From contig CAWJPJ010000008.1 of NCBI GenBank assembly GCA_963844715.1, positions 288,001-352,000 on the forward strand: 64,000 nt of DNA, read 5' to 3'. Made by a program: the position numbers and the translations under genes. This DNA comes from an uncultured Phycisphaerales bacterium (GTDB lineage: Bacteria > Planctomycetota > Phycisphaerae > Tepidisphaerales > Tepidisphaeraceae). The notes beneath the pieces are model-generated. The model was given only the letters and a program-made list of their open reading frames with translations. It had not been told where the DNA came from and searched no databases. Positions 38,568 through 48,739 of this stretch are shown piece by piece (the first letter of the stretch is position 1; each line of letters starts with the position of its first letter).

Positions 38568-39429
38568 ATGAAGAAAATAATTCGCCGCATGATTTTGGGC
38601 GTTGTTGTGCTGGTGGTGGTTGTACTGGTGATTGTCTGGTTCAGCTTAAATTCGATTGTGCGAAATGCGATTCAGAGCGGGGCGACGGCTTCCTTGAACG
38701 TTCCGACGACGCTTGAAGCCGTGGCGCTCTCGCCGATCGGCGGGACCGTGGGGCTGACGGGTTTGGATGTGGGCTCGCCGCAGGGCTACACGGCGCCGCA
38801 CATGTTGGTGGTGGGCGGACTTAAGGTTGCCGTGAGCTATGGACAACTTCTTGGCAATCCCGTGCATATCCAGAAGATCGAGATCGACGCGCCGCAACTG
38901 ACGGTTGAGCAATCGAGCGGGAAATTGAATTTGCAGGCGGTGATGGATCAGTCGTCATCGTCGTCGAGCAGTTCGAGCACCGGGAGCGGGGCGGCGGCGC
39001 CGCCTTCGTCTTCGTCGCAGACCAAACTCATTATCGACGAATTGGATGTGACTAACGCGCAGGTGAGTTTTCTGCCGGGGCTGCCGGGGATGACCAAGGA
39101 GCAGGACGTGACGGTGCCTTCGCTGACGCTGAAGAATATTGGGAATTCGGATAACGCGCGAGAATGGGGCGGCGTTCAAGGATGTCATTATGCAGGTTTG
39201 CACGGGGCTGGCCGGGAAGGCGGGTCAGTCGGCGGGGTTGGGTCAGCTTACGTCGCAGCTTAATCAGGTTGGGTCGCAACTGGGGCAGTCGTTTCAATCG
39301 CAGGTTCAGAATAGCGTCGGGCAGGGCGTTGGAAATATATTGGGGGGCAATGGGAACAATAGCGCGGGGCAGGGCGTGCAACAGCAACTGAACGGCCTGT
39401 TCGGTTCGAGCGGGAAGAAGAGCCAGTAG
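38568..39429 (+). CDS. AsmA-like protein (frameshift near 39160)
   Basis: MKKIIRRMILGVVVLVVVVL TM anchor, then a beta-rich body (VGSPQGY, IQKIEIDAP, KLIIDELDV). Confidence 0.75.
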
Positions 39430-39457
39430 GTTTTCGGAGGCGCGGCATGGTTCGACG

Positions 39458-40627
39458 GTGGTGGTGGCTGGCTGGGGCGATGGTCCTGCTCTGCTGTTCG
39501 CTCCTGCCGTGCGCCAGGGGGTGGTGCGGACGATTGATGGGCGATCGATCGAGGGGGACGTGGCCGATGATCCGAACAGCGACACCGTGACAATTTCAGT
39601 CGGGAACGCGCAGGTCGCGGTTGAGCGGACGGATATCCTCTCCATCGACTATGGGGACGATATCGCCAAGCAGTTCAAGCAGCGGCTGGCGCAACTTCCG
39701 GGGACGGATATCCGCAGCCGATTGGAACTGAGTCGCTGGGCCCTGGATAAGAATGAGTATGCGCTGGCCCGTCAGGCGGCGCAGGAAGTGATGCGGATCG
39801 ATCCCGGGAACGTGGATGCGGCGACTTTGCTGGACACGATAGCCGCCAAGGAGAACCTGAATTCCCGGAAGCAGGGGCCGGTGACGGAGCCGTCGGATAT
39901 GTATACCGGGCCGGGGGTTACGCCGCTGGTGGCGCCGGCGGGGAATTTTCTTTCCGATGACCAGATCAACGTGATCCGGCAGCAGGAGCTGAGGTCGGAC
40001 GACACGGTCCGGGTGAGGTTCGACGCGGGGGTGGTGGCCCGATACCTGCGCGAGAGCGGGCAGGACCCGGCGGAATTCGCGGCGATGGATCCGACGGAAC
40101 AGGCGCTGCGCGTCATCGGGCTGGGCGATCCGTATTTGTCGGCGGGAGTGAAAATCCTTTCCGATCCGGGGGCGCTGGAAGTGTTTCACCGGCGGATCGA
40201 GCCGAAGATTCTGGTCGGCTGCGCGGCGGCGGGATGCCATGGGGATTCGGGGACGGCGGGGGATTTTTTTCTGTATCGGGACGCGGTGGCGACGCCTCAG
40301 TGGTATACGAACTTTTATATTCTTCAGCAGTATCGGCTGAAGCTGGATTCGCAGCCTTCGGTGTGGGGGAAGGGGCAATTGGAACGGCGGATGGTGGATC
40401 GGACGCATCCGAGCCAGTCGCTGCTGATTCAGTTTGGACTGCCGCGGGCGGACGCGGAGCTTCCGCATCCGGCGGTGAACGGGTGGAATCCGCTGTTTAC
40501 GGGGGACCAGGATCCGTACTACGCCGAGATGACGAATTGGATCGGGCAATCGCTGATTCCGCTTGATCCGGATTATGGGTTTAAGTTTGACTTGCCGACG
40601 GGCGTGCCGCCGGCGACTCAGCCTTGA
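39458..40627 (+). CDS. exported hypothetical protein with a TPR-like segment and CxxxxCH motif (start uncertain)
   Basis: VRTIDGRSIEG beta module, LELSRWAL...IDPGN helical segment, GCAAAGCHG, and C-terminal PATQP. Confidence 0.7.
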   Translation: MVVAGWGDGPALLFAPAVRQGVVRTIDGRSIEGDVADDPNSDTVTISVGNAQVAVERTDILSIDYGDDIAKQFKQRLAQLPGTDIRSRLELSRWALDKNEYALARQAAQEVMRIDPGNVDAATLLDTIAAKENLNSRKQGPVTEPSDMYTGPGVTPLVAPAGNFLSDDQINVIRQQELRSDDTVRVRFDAGVVARYLRESGQDPAEFAAMDPTEQALRVIGLGDPYLSAGVKILSDPGALEVFHRRIEPKILVGCAAAGCHGDSGTAGDFFLYRDAVATPQWYTNFYILQQYRLKLDSQPSVWGKGQLERRMVDRTHPSQSLLIQFGLPRADAELPHPAVNGWNPLFTGDQDPYYAEMTNWIGQSLIPLDPDYGFKFDLPTGVPPATQP

Positions 40628-41106
40628 TGCGGGAGGCGCGGGTGTCCCCGGAGTATTTTCTGATCTTTCTGGCCATGCTGACCGGGGCGGCGGCGACGGC
40701 GCAGATTGCCGCGACGAAAAAGCGGCGGCGAAGCTTGCGCGGGCTGGCGACGCAGTGGCAGATGCACTTTGTGCCGTGGGACCGGCTGAGGTTGGGGGAG
40801 AGAATATCGGGGAAGATCCCGGTGCTGGGGGCGGCGGATGTGAGGGTGATGGATCTGCTTTTCCGTACCGAGGGGCATCGGCATCGGTATGTTTTCACAG
40901 TGGAGTACGGGGTGGGGATCATCCGGGGGAAGCGGCGGCGAAAGAGGGTCGCGGGGTTCGATGAGCCGGTGCGGCGCGGGTCGGGTTCGCCGGTGCCGTA
41001 TGAGTTGGAACTGATGATCGCGCCGGAGTCGATGCCGATGCTGGATGCTTATCGGCATGTGTGGCAGAGGCTGTCGCCGTCGCAGATCGGGCCGGGGGCC
41101 GTATAA
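40624..41106 (+). CDS. hypothetical protein with an N-terminal TM segment
   Basis: ORF fills the gap between its neighbours and has hydrophobic YFLIFLAMLTGA. Confidence 0.6.
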   Translation: MMREARVSPEYFLIFLAMLTGAAATAQIAATKKRRRSLRGLATQWQMHFVPWDRLRLGERISGKIPVLGAADVRVMDLLFRTEGHRHRYVFTVEYGVGIIRGKRRRKRVAGFDEPVRRGSGSPVPYELELMIAPESMPMLDAYRHVWQRLSPSQIGPGAV

Positions 41107-41117
41107 TCCCGGCCTGG

Positions 41118-41984
41118 ATGAGGTTAAGCCAAATTACAATTCTTGGCGTCGGGTTGCTTGGAGGCTCCATCGGGCTGGCTGTGCGCGCGGTTGAGCCGAA
41201 GTGCAAAATCATTGGGTGGGGGCATCGGGCATCGTCGCTGGAGAAGGCGAAGCAGATTGGGGCGATCGATCTGGCGGAGACGGACCTTGCGCTGTCGGTA
41301 AAGGGGTCCGATCTGGTGATTCTTTGCACGCCGGTGGGGACGTTTGAAAAGATTCTGCGCCAGATCGGGCCTTCGCTGGCGGCGGGGTGCGTCGTGACGG
41401 ATGTGGGGAGCACAAAGCGGTCGATCGTGAAAAGCGCGGAGGGGATTTTGCCGAAATCGGTTCATTTCGTGGGGAGCCACCCGATCGCGGGGAGCGAAAA
41501 GCGCGGGGTGGAGTATGCGCGCACGGATTTATTTCGGCATGCGCTGTGTATCGTGACACCGACGAAGAAGACCCCGGCGGCGGCGATCAAGGGCGTCGAG
41601 AGCTTTTGGAAAAAGCTGGAGATGCGGGTGGTGCGAATGTCGCCGGAGGAGCATGACCGGCATCTGGCGGATGTGAGCCATCTGCCGCATCTGATGGCCG
41701 CGGCGATGGTGGCGATGCAGGAGGATTCGTCGGTTGATTTTTGCGGGCAGGGGTTTCTGGACGCGACGCGAATTGCCGGGGGGGACGCCGGACTTTGGCG
41801 GGATATTCTGATGGATAACGCCGGAAATGTGCGCGATGGAATCGAACGATTGCACGATCAGATCGAGCGGGTAATGGCGATTTTGAAAAAAGGGGATGGG
41901 CAGGCACTGGAGAAGTGGCTGGCCGCGGCGGCGGCGCGGCGGGAAAAAATCATGGAGAGGAAATTGCGCTCGCGGCGCGACTGA
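41118..41984 (+). CDS. tyrA: prephenate/arogenate dehydrogenase
   Basis: GVGLLGGSIG, TDVGSTK, HPIAGSEKRG, EHD..LA.VSHLPH, DATRIA and LWRDI. Confidence 0.95.
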   Translation: MRLSQITILGVGLLGGSIGLAVRAVEPKCKIIGWGHRASSLEKAKQIGAIDLAETDLALSVKGSDLVILCTPVGTFEKILRQIGPSLAAGCVVTDVGSTKRSIVKSAEGILPKSVHFVGSHPIAGSEKRGVEYARTDLFRHALCIVTPTKKTPAAAIKGVESFWKKLEMRVVRMSPEEHDRHLADVSHLPHLMAAAMVAMQEDSSVDFCGQGFLDATRIAGGDAGLWRDILMDNAGNVRDGIERLHDQIERVMAILKKGDGQALEKWLAAAAARREKIMERKLRSRRD

Positions 41985-41998
41985 CGCCCCGCGCCGCG

Positions 41999-42175
41999 TT
42001 AAGGCTGATTCTTCCCAATTACAAAATAGAGAATGACGCCGATTGGGCCCAGAAGCAGGACGATGACGGCCCACAGAATCTTTGTCTCGGTTTTGGCTGG
42101 GCTGGTGACGATCACGTAGATCGTGTAAACACTAAGTGCCAATAGCACCAGCCAAATAATCGGGTATCCAAACAT
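41999..42175 (-). CDS. small membrane protein, PLDc N-terminal-like domain (58 aa)
   Basis: Manual translation MFGYPIIWLVLLALSVYTIYVIVTSPAKTETKILWAVIVLLLGPIGVILYFVIGKNQP, with a GAGGAGG SD. Confidence 0.82.
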   Translation of the reverse strand: MFGYPIIWLVLLALSVYTIYVIVTSPAKTETKILWAVIVLLLGPIGVILYFVIGKNQP

Positions 42176-42208
42176 GGATGCCTCCTCGCGGTGAATCCCC
42201 TTTTCGCG

Positions 42209-42550
42209 TTACGGCAACAGACCCGGCGGAATTCCCATCTCGCTGGCGATCCGGTCCATTTCCTGTTTCATAAATTGCGCGGCCTTGGATTGAGCGGCAC
42301 GGACGGCGGCGGCGATCATGTCCTCCATCAGTTCGGTGTTCGACGCGTCGACGCGCAATTTGTCGATGCGAATTTTTAGAAGTTCGAGTTTGCCGTTGAC
42401 GGTGGCGACGATGCGGCCTTCACCGGCGTCGGCGGTGATTTCCTTGCGGGCGAGTTCCTCCTGCATGGCGTTCATTTTTTCCTTGAGGAGTTTGCCCTGT
42501 TTCATGAGTTCGCCGAGGCCGCCGAGATTTTTCAACGCGTCAAAGACCAT
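42209..42550 (-). CDS. ybaB: YbaB/EbfC nucleoid-associated protein
   Basis: AGEGRIVATVNGK...ELMEDMIAAAV, in the canonical position after dnaX. Confidence 0.95.
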   Translation of the reverse strand: MVFDALKNLGGLGELMKQGKLLKEKMNAMQEELARKEITADAGEGRIVATVNGKLELLKIRIDKLRVDASNTELMEDMIAAAVRAAQSKAAQFMKQEMDRIASEMGIPPGLLP

Positions 42551-42559
42551 ATTTTCCTT

Positions 42560-44353
42560 TCATTCACAGCGCACGACTTCGCCGCCGAATTCCTTGAGGA
42601 CGGCCTGGACGAGCGGGTCGGAGTGGATTTCCGGGGGAATTTCGACGGAGACGCGCGGCGCGGATGCCGGAGGGTCGGCGACGGCGGTCTGGCCGGCGGT
42701 TTGAACGGCGGGCGCGGCGCCGGGTGGGGTAACTTCGAATTTCAGCTCGACCGGCTGGCCGCGGATTTGGGAGAGGGTTCGGCCGATGATTTCGCGCTTG
42801 CCGTTGGAGGCCCAGGCTTTGGCGAAAGTTTCGCCGCCACTGCTGAAGCGGATGACGGCTTGGCCGTTTTGAAGAGATTCGAGGGTCGCCAGATTCAGTC
42901 CTGCGATGAGAGCGGAGCCGTGGGGTTTGAGCATGGCGATGAGGCGCGGCCAGATTTTTACGACGTCGTCGTCGTTGATGGGGACGACGGAGGGCTCGGG
43001 GGCGGGGGCGTCTGAGTGCGATTCCCCCTCGTAAGGTACGCTGGGGGAGGGGAATGAGGCGGATTCTTGCGATGGCGCGGGGCGGCCGGTTCTACGGTCT
43101 GCCCCTCACCCATCGTGCCGAAACTAGCGGAAGAGGACAGGGAGTGCTCTCCCCGTGAGTACACGGGGAGAGGGGATGAAGAGTCAGCGCTTACCGGTTG
43201 CGGGGGCTTTTTTTTTAATTCGGAGGGGGCGCCGGCCAGGAGTTGGTTTATGGATTGGAATTGACCGGACAGGGTCAGGCGGACCAGGGTTGCGTCGAGC
43301 AGGGCGCGGCCGGTTTGATTGGCGCGCATGTTCCTTCGCAGTTCTTCGATGATGGCGATGTTTTGGGAAAGTGCGGCTGGGTCGAATTTTTCGGCCAGGG
43401 CGGCGAGCTTGGGGTCGGCGGGGATGTCGAGAAGATCGGCAGCGGATGGGCCGCAGGCGCGGAGGATCAATAAATTGCGGAACTGGTCGCTTAGGACGGA
43501 GAGGAGCGTGTCGGGGGAGAGGCCGGCGGCGATCATTTCCTCGACCTGCGAGAGGACGGCTTTGACGTCGGCGCTGCCGATGGATTCGGTGAGTTGATTG
43601 ACGAGCTGCGTGCGCGGGGAGGCCGAGCATTTGCTCGATCATTTTGGCGGTCAGACGTTTTTCGCCGAGGCTGAGGAGGCGATCGAGGAGGGAGAGGGAA
43701 TCACGCATGGAGCCGTTGCCGGCGCGGGCGACGAGGGCCAGGGCGTCTTCGTCGGCGTCGATCTTTTCCTGCTTGCAGATGTTCTTCAGGTGCCCGGCGA
43801 TTTCGCGCGAGGAGATATTTCGGAAGTCATAGCGCTGGCAGCGGGAGAGAATCGTGGGGAGGACTTTTTCGGGCTCCGTCGTGGCGAGGATGAACTTCAC
43901 GTGTTCCGGGGGCTCCTCGAGGGTCTTGAGCAGCGCGTTGAAGGCCGATTTACTGAGCATGTGCACTTCGTCGATGATGTAGACCTTGAATCGGGAGCGG
44001 GCGGGGCGGTAGCGGCTGTTTTCGATGATCTCGCGGACGTTATCGACGCCGGTGTTGCTGGCGGCGTCGATCTCGATGACGTCGATGTCGTCGCCGCGGG
44101 CGATGGAGAGGCAGGAATCGCATTTTCCGCAGGGAGCGGGGGTGGGACCCTTGGCGTTCTGGCAATTCAGGGCTTTGGCGAGGATTCGGGCCATGCTGGT
44201 CTTGCCGGTGCCTCGGGTGCCGCAGAAGAGGTAGGCATGGGCCAAACGGTCGGTTTCTATGGCCTTTTTGAGGGTCTGGGCGATGTGTTGCTGGCCGACG
44301 ACCTCGTCAAAGGTGCCTGAGCGGTATCTGCGGGCCAGGACGGTGTAGGACAT
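42560..44353 (-). CDS. dnaX: DNA polymerase III subunit gamma/tau (frameshifts)
   Basis: [39 protein letters not shown] and GSMRD, with C-terminal [13 protein letters not shown]. Confidence 0.96.
43102..43176. repeat. REP-like palindrome with the ~35-nt insert, inside dnaX
   Basis: cccctcacccatcgtgccgaaactagcggaagaggacagggagtgctctccccgtgagtacacggggagagggg. A degenerate inverted partner lies at 43023-43060. Confidence 0.82.
43207..43216 (-). other. A9G slippery site in dnaX (candidate gamma/tau recoding site)
   Basis: GAA TTA AAA AAA AAG CCC near codon 380, and both alternative frames stop within a few codons. Confidence 0.7.
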
Positions 44354-44480
44354 ATAACACCCGCAGTTTAGCAGAGCGGGCGGGGGGAATGTAGGGGGAG
44401 TTTTGTGGCCAAAATCGACGGGTATGTTATAGTAAGGGTCGTCACTTCGTTTGGGGCAGGAAAATTTTGGAGGAAGCGTT

Positions 44481-44986
44481 ATGAACGGTCCTCAGTCGAA
44501 CCCTGGTCAGCCGGGCTTGCACACACATCCAGCGGCGCATCCGGGGATTCATCCACAGGCGCACCCAGCCGCTCATCCGACGGCACATCCCACACTTCAT
44601 CCGACGATTCGACCGATGCCGGTGACCCCGATGGGTCCGGCGGCGCCGAAGCCGATGAAGCATGATGATGAGCCGATCTCACTGGTCGCCGACGAGTCGA
44701 ATCTCGGCGAGCCGGTGAAGAGCAAGATTCGCGCATTCAGCGTTGCCGAGGCGCACATCGGTCCGCACAATTGGAAGCGAACGCCGCACGCGTGCGAGGG
44801 CGGCTTGCCGGATGCGGCACGTTCCACGGTCGATTGAGCGATCAGGGCATGGATTATCTCGACAACGCCATCAACGAATGGCTGGATCAACATCCGGAAG
44901 TCGAGGTCAAATTCGTGACCCAGTCGATCGGCATGTTCGACGGGAAGATCAAGGACTTGGCGCTGATCCTCAACGTCTGGTATTGA
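44481..44986 (+). CDS. hypothetical protein with an N-terminal (HPxx)7 repeat (frameshift near 44800)
   Basis: [28 protein letters not shown], and C-terminal [32 protein letters not shown]...LNVWY. Confidence 0.7.
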
Positions 44987-44997
44987 AAAGCGGGCGA

Positions 44998-45212
44998 AAC
45001 CGCCAAGACGCCAAGAACGCCAAGATAAAACACGCGAAGTAATGGGAATCATACTTGAATCGCGCGGATGCCCCTCGCCAACCCTGCCCCGGATTACCTG
45101 TATGAACCGGGGAGGGAAAAGCGCGCGGACATTCGCTGCGATGAGGTTCACGATCGGTACAAAAGAATTCTTGGCGTGTTTTATCTTGGCGTGCTTCGCG
45201 CTTGGCGGTTCG
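44998..45212. repeat. CGCCAAG(A)-type inverted tandem repeat enclosing a REP-like palindrome
   Basis: aaccgccaagacgccaagaacgccaagataaaacacgc ... gcgtgttttatcttggcgtgcttcgcgcttggcggtt, with a REP variant at 45070-45120. Confidence 0.85.
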
Positions 45213-45222
45213 TTATCCGAAT

Positions 45223-45998
45223 TTACGGTAGCGCCAGTTCCGCCCAGGCCATGGGGTGGTCGGAGGCGTGTTCTTCGACGAAGCCGCTATTTTTTGCGAT
45301 CAGGCCGCGAGCGAAGATGCGGTCGTAGCCTTTGCCGATGGGATCGATGACGCCAGGGGTGGCGGCGAGGATGGCGATGTCGGGGTGCGTTGTCGGTGAT
45401 GTTGAAATCGCCCATTAATATTGCGGGTTCCTGGAGGGAGAGGAAGAGGCCGGCGACCTCGCGGATCTCCGTGGGATGATCATTGTGTCGATCGATATGG
45501 GTGATGAGGATGGCCAAGGGATGGCCGGCGAAGGTGGCGTTGACGAGAATCGCGTTGCGATTTGAATCGGAATCGTTGCTGGAGATGGGGATGCGCTGCC
45601 AATGAATCACGGGGAGGTCGGTGATGGCGGCGTTGCCGAAGGTTTTGGTCCACCATTGGGTTTCCACGGGGGCATAAAGATACGACTGATGGAGAGCATT
45701 CCCGAGGTATTCGGTTTGATCTTGGCCGTGGACTTCTTCGAGGCCTTCGACATCGTAGCCGCCGCCGTTTTGCAGGGCGTGGGCGACGTGGTCGATACCT
45801 TCGGCGCCGCCGTCGATATTAAACGTCGCGACGCGTAGGGTGGGGCCGGAGGGCTGGGTGGTGGATATCTGTCCGGAAAAGGCGGCGCCCTTCGGCGGGG
45901 CCGGCGGGGTTTTTTTTGTTTTCCTGCCAGGCGATCAGGAGCAAAACGATCACAATAAATAGTGCAATGCGACGCGGGTGTGAATCTTCGTCCGCCAT
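45223..45998 (-). CDS. endonuclease/exonuclease/phosphatase family protein, membrane anchored (frameshifts)
   Basis: N-terminal TM, LRVATFNI, LEEV, ITHID, MGDFN, YDRIF and ASDH. Confidence 0.85.
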
Positions 45999-46016
45999 TT
46001 GCCATGGTATGCCCCT

Positions 46017-46769
46017 TATTACGCTTGTCGTGGAACGATCGAGATTCTCCGCGATTTCATATCCTAGCAGGCGGCTTTTCATCCAGCGAATGGCCAGGAG
46101 GTCTCGGAAGCTTTTGAAGAGGCGGTTCCAGACGCCGTATTTGCTTTCGCCGTGGAGGCGTGGGTTGTTGCTGACGGGGATTTCGACGACGGTGAAGCCT
46201 TCCATTTTCAGAAGGGTTGGGATGAATCGGTGCAGGCCGCGATAGAGCTTGAGCCTGGGGACGCACTCGCGGCGGAAGGCGCGGTAGGTGCAGCCGGCGT
46301 CGGAAATCTGCTCATCGGAAAGTTTGTTGCGAACCCAATTGGCGATGCGACTGGAGGCGACTTTGACGAAGGAGTCGCCTTTTCCGCGGCACGGCGACTG
46401 CGCGTGCCGCAGACGCAGTCGGGGCCCTTGGCCAGGGCCTCGAGGAATTTGGGGATGTCCTTGGGATCGTTTTGCAGATCGGCGTCCATGGTCATGACAT
46501 ATTGCCCGCGAGCGGCGCGGAGGCCGGCGTCGCTGGCGGCGGTTTCGCCGCAATTTTTGCGGAATTTCAGGCCGCGGCACGCGCGGGTCTTTTGCGACGA
46601 GGGCCTGGATCGCCTGCCAGGAGCCGTCGGTGCTGCCGTCGTCGACGAGGATGAGTTCGGCGTCGATTTTTTCGGGATCGACGACGGCGACGATGGCTTG
46701 ATGGAGCAGGGGAAGGTTTTCCGCCTCGTTAAAAACGGGGACGCAGATAGAAATCTTGGGCTGGGGCAT
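46017..46769 (-). CDS. GT2 polyprenol-phosphate glycosyltransferase (ArnC/DPM1-like; frameshifts, 3' end approximate)
   Basis: VPVFNEAENL, VDDGSTDGS, MDADLQNDP, DAGC, GLHRFIP and PRLHGESKY. Confidence 0.92.
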
Positions 46770-47524
46770 CAATCGCCGGCTCCTTTGAGTGTGTCGGCGT
46801 CGGCGAGAATTTCCGCGCCGGCGCGGCTGTTGCGCAAGGCGCGAAGGAGATAACCGCAGCCGATCCAGATGACAACCAGGGCGGTCATCGCGACGGCGAG
46901 ATAGCTGAGGGTCGCCTCAATCGAGGGGCGGACGAGCCCCGCGCCGGCGAGGGTCGTCGGGATCGCCTCGGGGAGGGAGCCGATGAGCGTGCCGAGGAGG
47001 AAGTGACGGTGTTTGACGTTGGAGAGACCGAGGGCGAGATTGATGAGGCTGCCGTGGATGGGAAGCTGGCGGATGAGGATGACGCCGAGGGTGCCGTGAT
47101 CGTGGACGAGATCGGCCCACTTTCTGAGGGCGGGCCAGTGGCGGAGTCCCCAGTCGCGTCCTCCCCATCGGATGAAGAGGAAGACGCCGTAGAAGCCGAG
47201 GAGGCTTCCGACTTGCACGACGGCCAGTCCCCACCAGAACCCGAGGGTCATTCCGGCGATTCCGCACAGGACGAGGCGGGGGACGCCGCAGGCGACGAGA
47301 ATGGCGGTGGCGGCGATGCCGGCGGGATAGACCCAGACTCCTGCCGAGGCGACGATTTTTCGGATTTGAGCGGCGTCCTGATGCCAGTTTTTAACGGGGA
47401 CGAAATAAGCGAGCACGCCGGCGGCGACGAGGATCGCGGCCAGGAGTACGACGCGGCGATGTCCGCCGCTCTGCTTCACCTCGGCGACGGGGGCTGAATT
47501 GCGGTCGAGCATAGAGTGGCTCAT
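46769..47524 (-). CDS. TVP38/TMEM64 (VTT/DedA) membrane protein
   Basis: GMTLGFWWG, RWGGR, LIRQLP, INLALGLS..K.RHFLLGTLIG.LP. Confidence 0.88.
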   Translation of the reverse strand: MSHSMLDRNSAPVAEVKQSGGHRRVVLLAAILVAAGVLAYFVPVKNWHQDAAQIRKIVASAGVWVYPAGIAATAILVACGVPRLVLCGIAGMTLGFWWGLAVVQVGSLLGFYGVFLFIRWGGRDWGLRHWPALRKWADLVHDHGTLGVILIRQLPIHGSLINLALGLSNVKHRHFLLGTLIGSLPEAIPTTLAGAGLVRPSIEATLSYLAVAMTALVVIWIGCGYLLRALRNSRAGAEILADADTLKGAGD

Positions 47525-47542
47525 CTACTACCCGCCAATGCG

Positions 47543-48651
47543 TCAGGAGTGCAGGAATTTCTTGATCGCGTCGGCCACGGTTTTGACCTGATCCTCCCTT
47601 AAGGAGGGGTACATGGGAAGGCTGAGGATTCGCTTGACGGCCTCTTCGGTGCGCGGGAGGGGGGGCTGCTTGCCGTAGAGTTCCTCGATGGCCGGCTGGA
47701 GATGGTTGGGCACGGGATAGTGTACGCCGGTTTCGATGGCGTTTTCCTTGAGATAACGGGCCAGCGATTCGCGTTTGTCGTGATCGTCGAGCTGGATGAC
47801 GAACATGTGATAGACCGATTCGGTTTCGCCGGGTTTGTCGATGGGCGGGAGGAGCACGCCTTTCACGCCGGCGAGTTCCCGGCGGTACCACATCCGCGGC
47901 GCGGCGGCGGCCGGCGTTGAGTTCGTCCAAAACTTTCAGTTGCTCGCGACCGACGGCGGCTTGAATTTCGTTGAAGCGCAGATTGAATCCGACTTTTTCG
48001 TGGAGGTATTTGTCCTTGCGCCCGTGGTTGCGGAGCATGGTGATCTTCTGGGCGATTTTGGGATCGGAGGTGAGGACCGCGCCGCCGTCGCCGTAGACGG
48101 TTAAGTTTTTGGACGGATAAAAACTGACGGCGGCATGCTCGGCGAAGCTGCCGGCGCGCTTGCCTTTCCATTTGGCGCCGTGGGACTGGGCGAAGTCTTC
48201 GACGATCCAGAGATTGTTGTCCTTGGCCAGCGCGAGCAATCCGTCGATGTTGGCGGGGCGGCCGTAGAGATAGACGGGGAGGATGCCGACGGTTTTGGAG
48301 TTGATTTTTTTGCGCGTCGGCGAGGTCGATGGTGTAGGTTTCGTCGACGTCGCAAAAAACCGGGCGAGCGCCGGCGTGAATCATCGGCTCGATGCTCGGG
48401 AAAGCCGTCAGGCTGGGGACGAGAACCTCGTCGCCTTTCTTGAGGCCCTGGGCCATGTGAAGGAGCATGACGGCGGCCGTCCAGCTTGAGGAGAGGACGG
48501 CATGGGGCACGCCGAAATAGGCGGCGAGTTCTTTTTCAAATTCCTTGCATTCGGGGCCGAGAATGTAGTTGCCGCCCTTGACGACTTCGAGGATTCGGCG
48601 GTCGATGGTCTCGGATTGATAAACGCGCGACAGGGGTATCTTTTCAGGCAC
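47543..48651 (-). CDS. DegT/DnrJ/EryC1/StrS PLP aminotransferase (frameshifts)
   Basis: YILGPEC..FE, EDFAQSHGA, SFYPSKNL, LRNHGR, TGVHYPVP and LSLPMYP. Confidence 0.93.
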
Positions 48652-48739
48652 ATAACCTCCCACGATTGTTATGGAGATTCAGAGCAAAATACGGGCCACG
48701 GAGGGGGGATGCAAGGGGGGGATGGGTCTGGATAAATGG

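Noticed and set aside
45819..46772. Apparent GT2-EEP fusion
   Set aside because: The region has several indels, and the EEP gene has its own Met and TM anchor at 45998. A fusion cannot be supported without reads.
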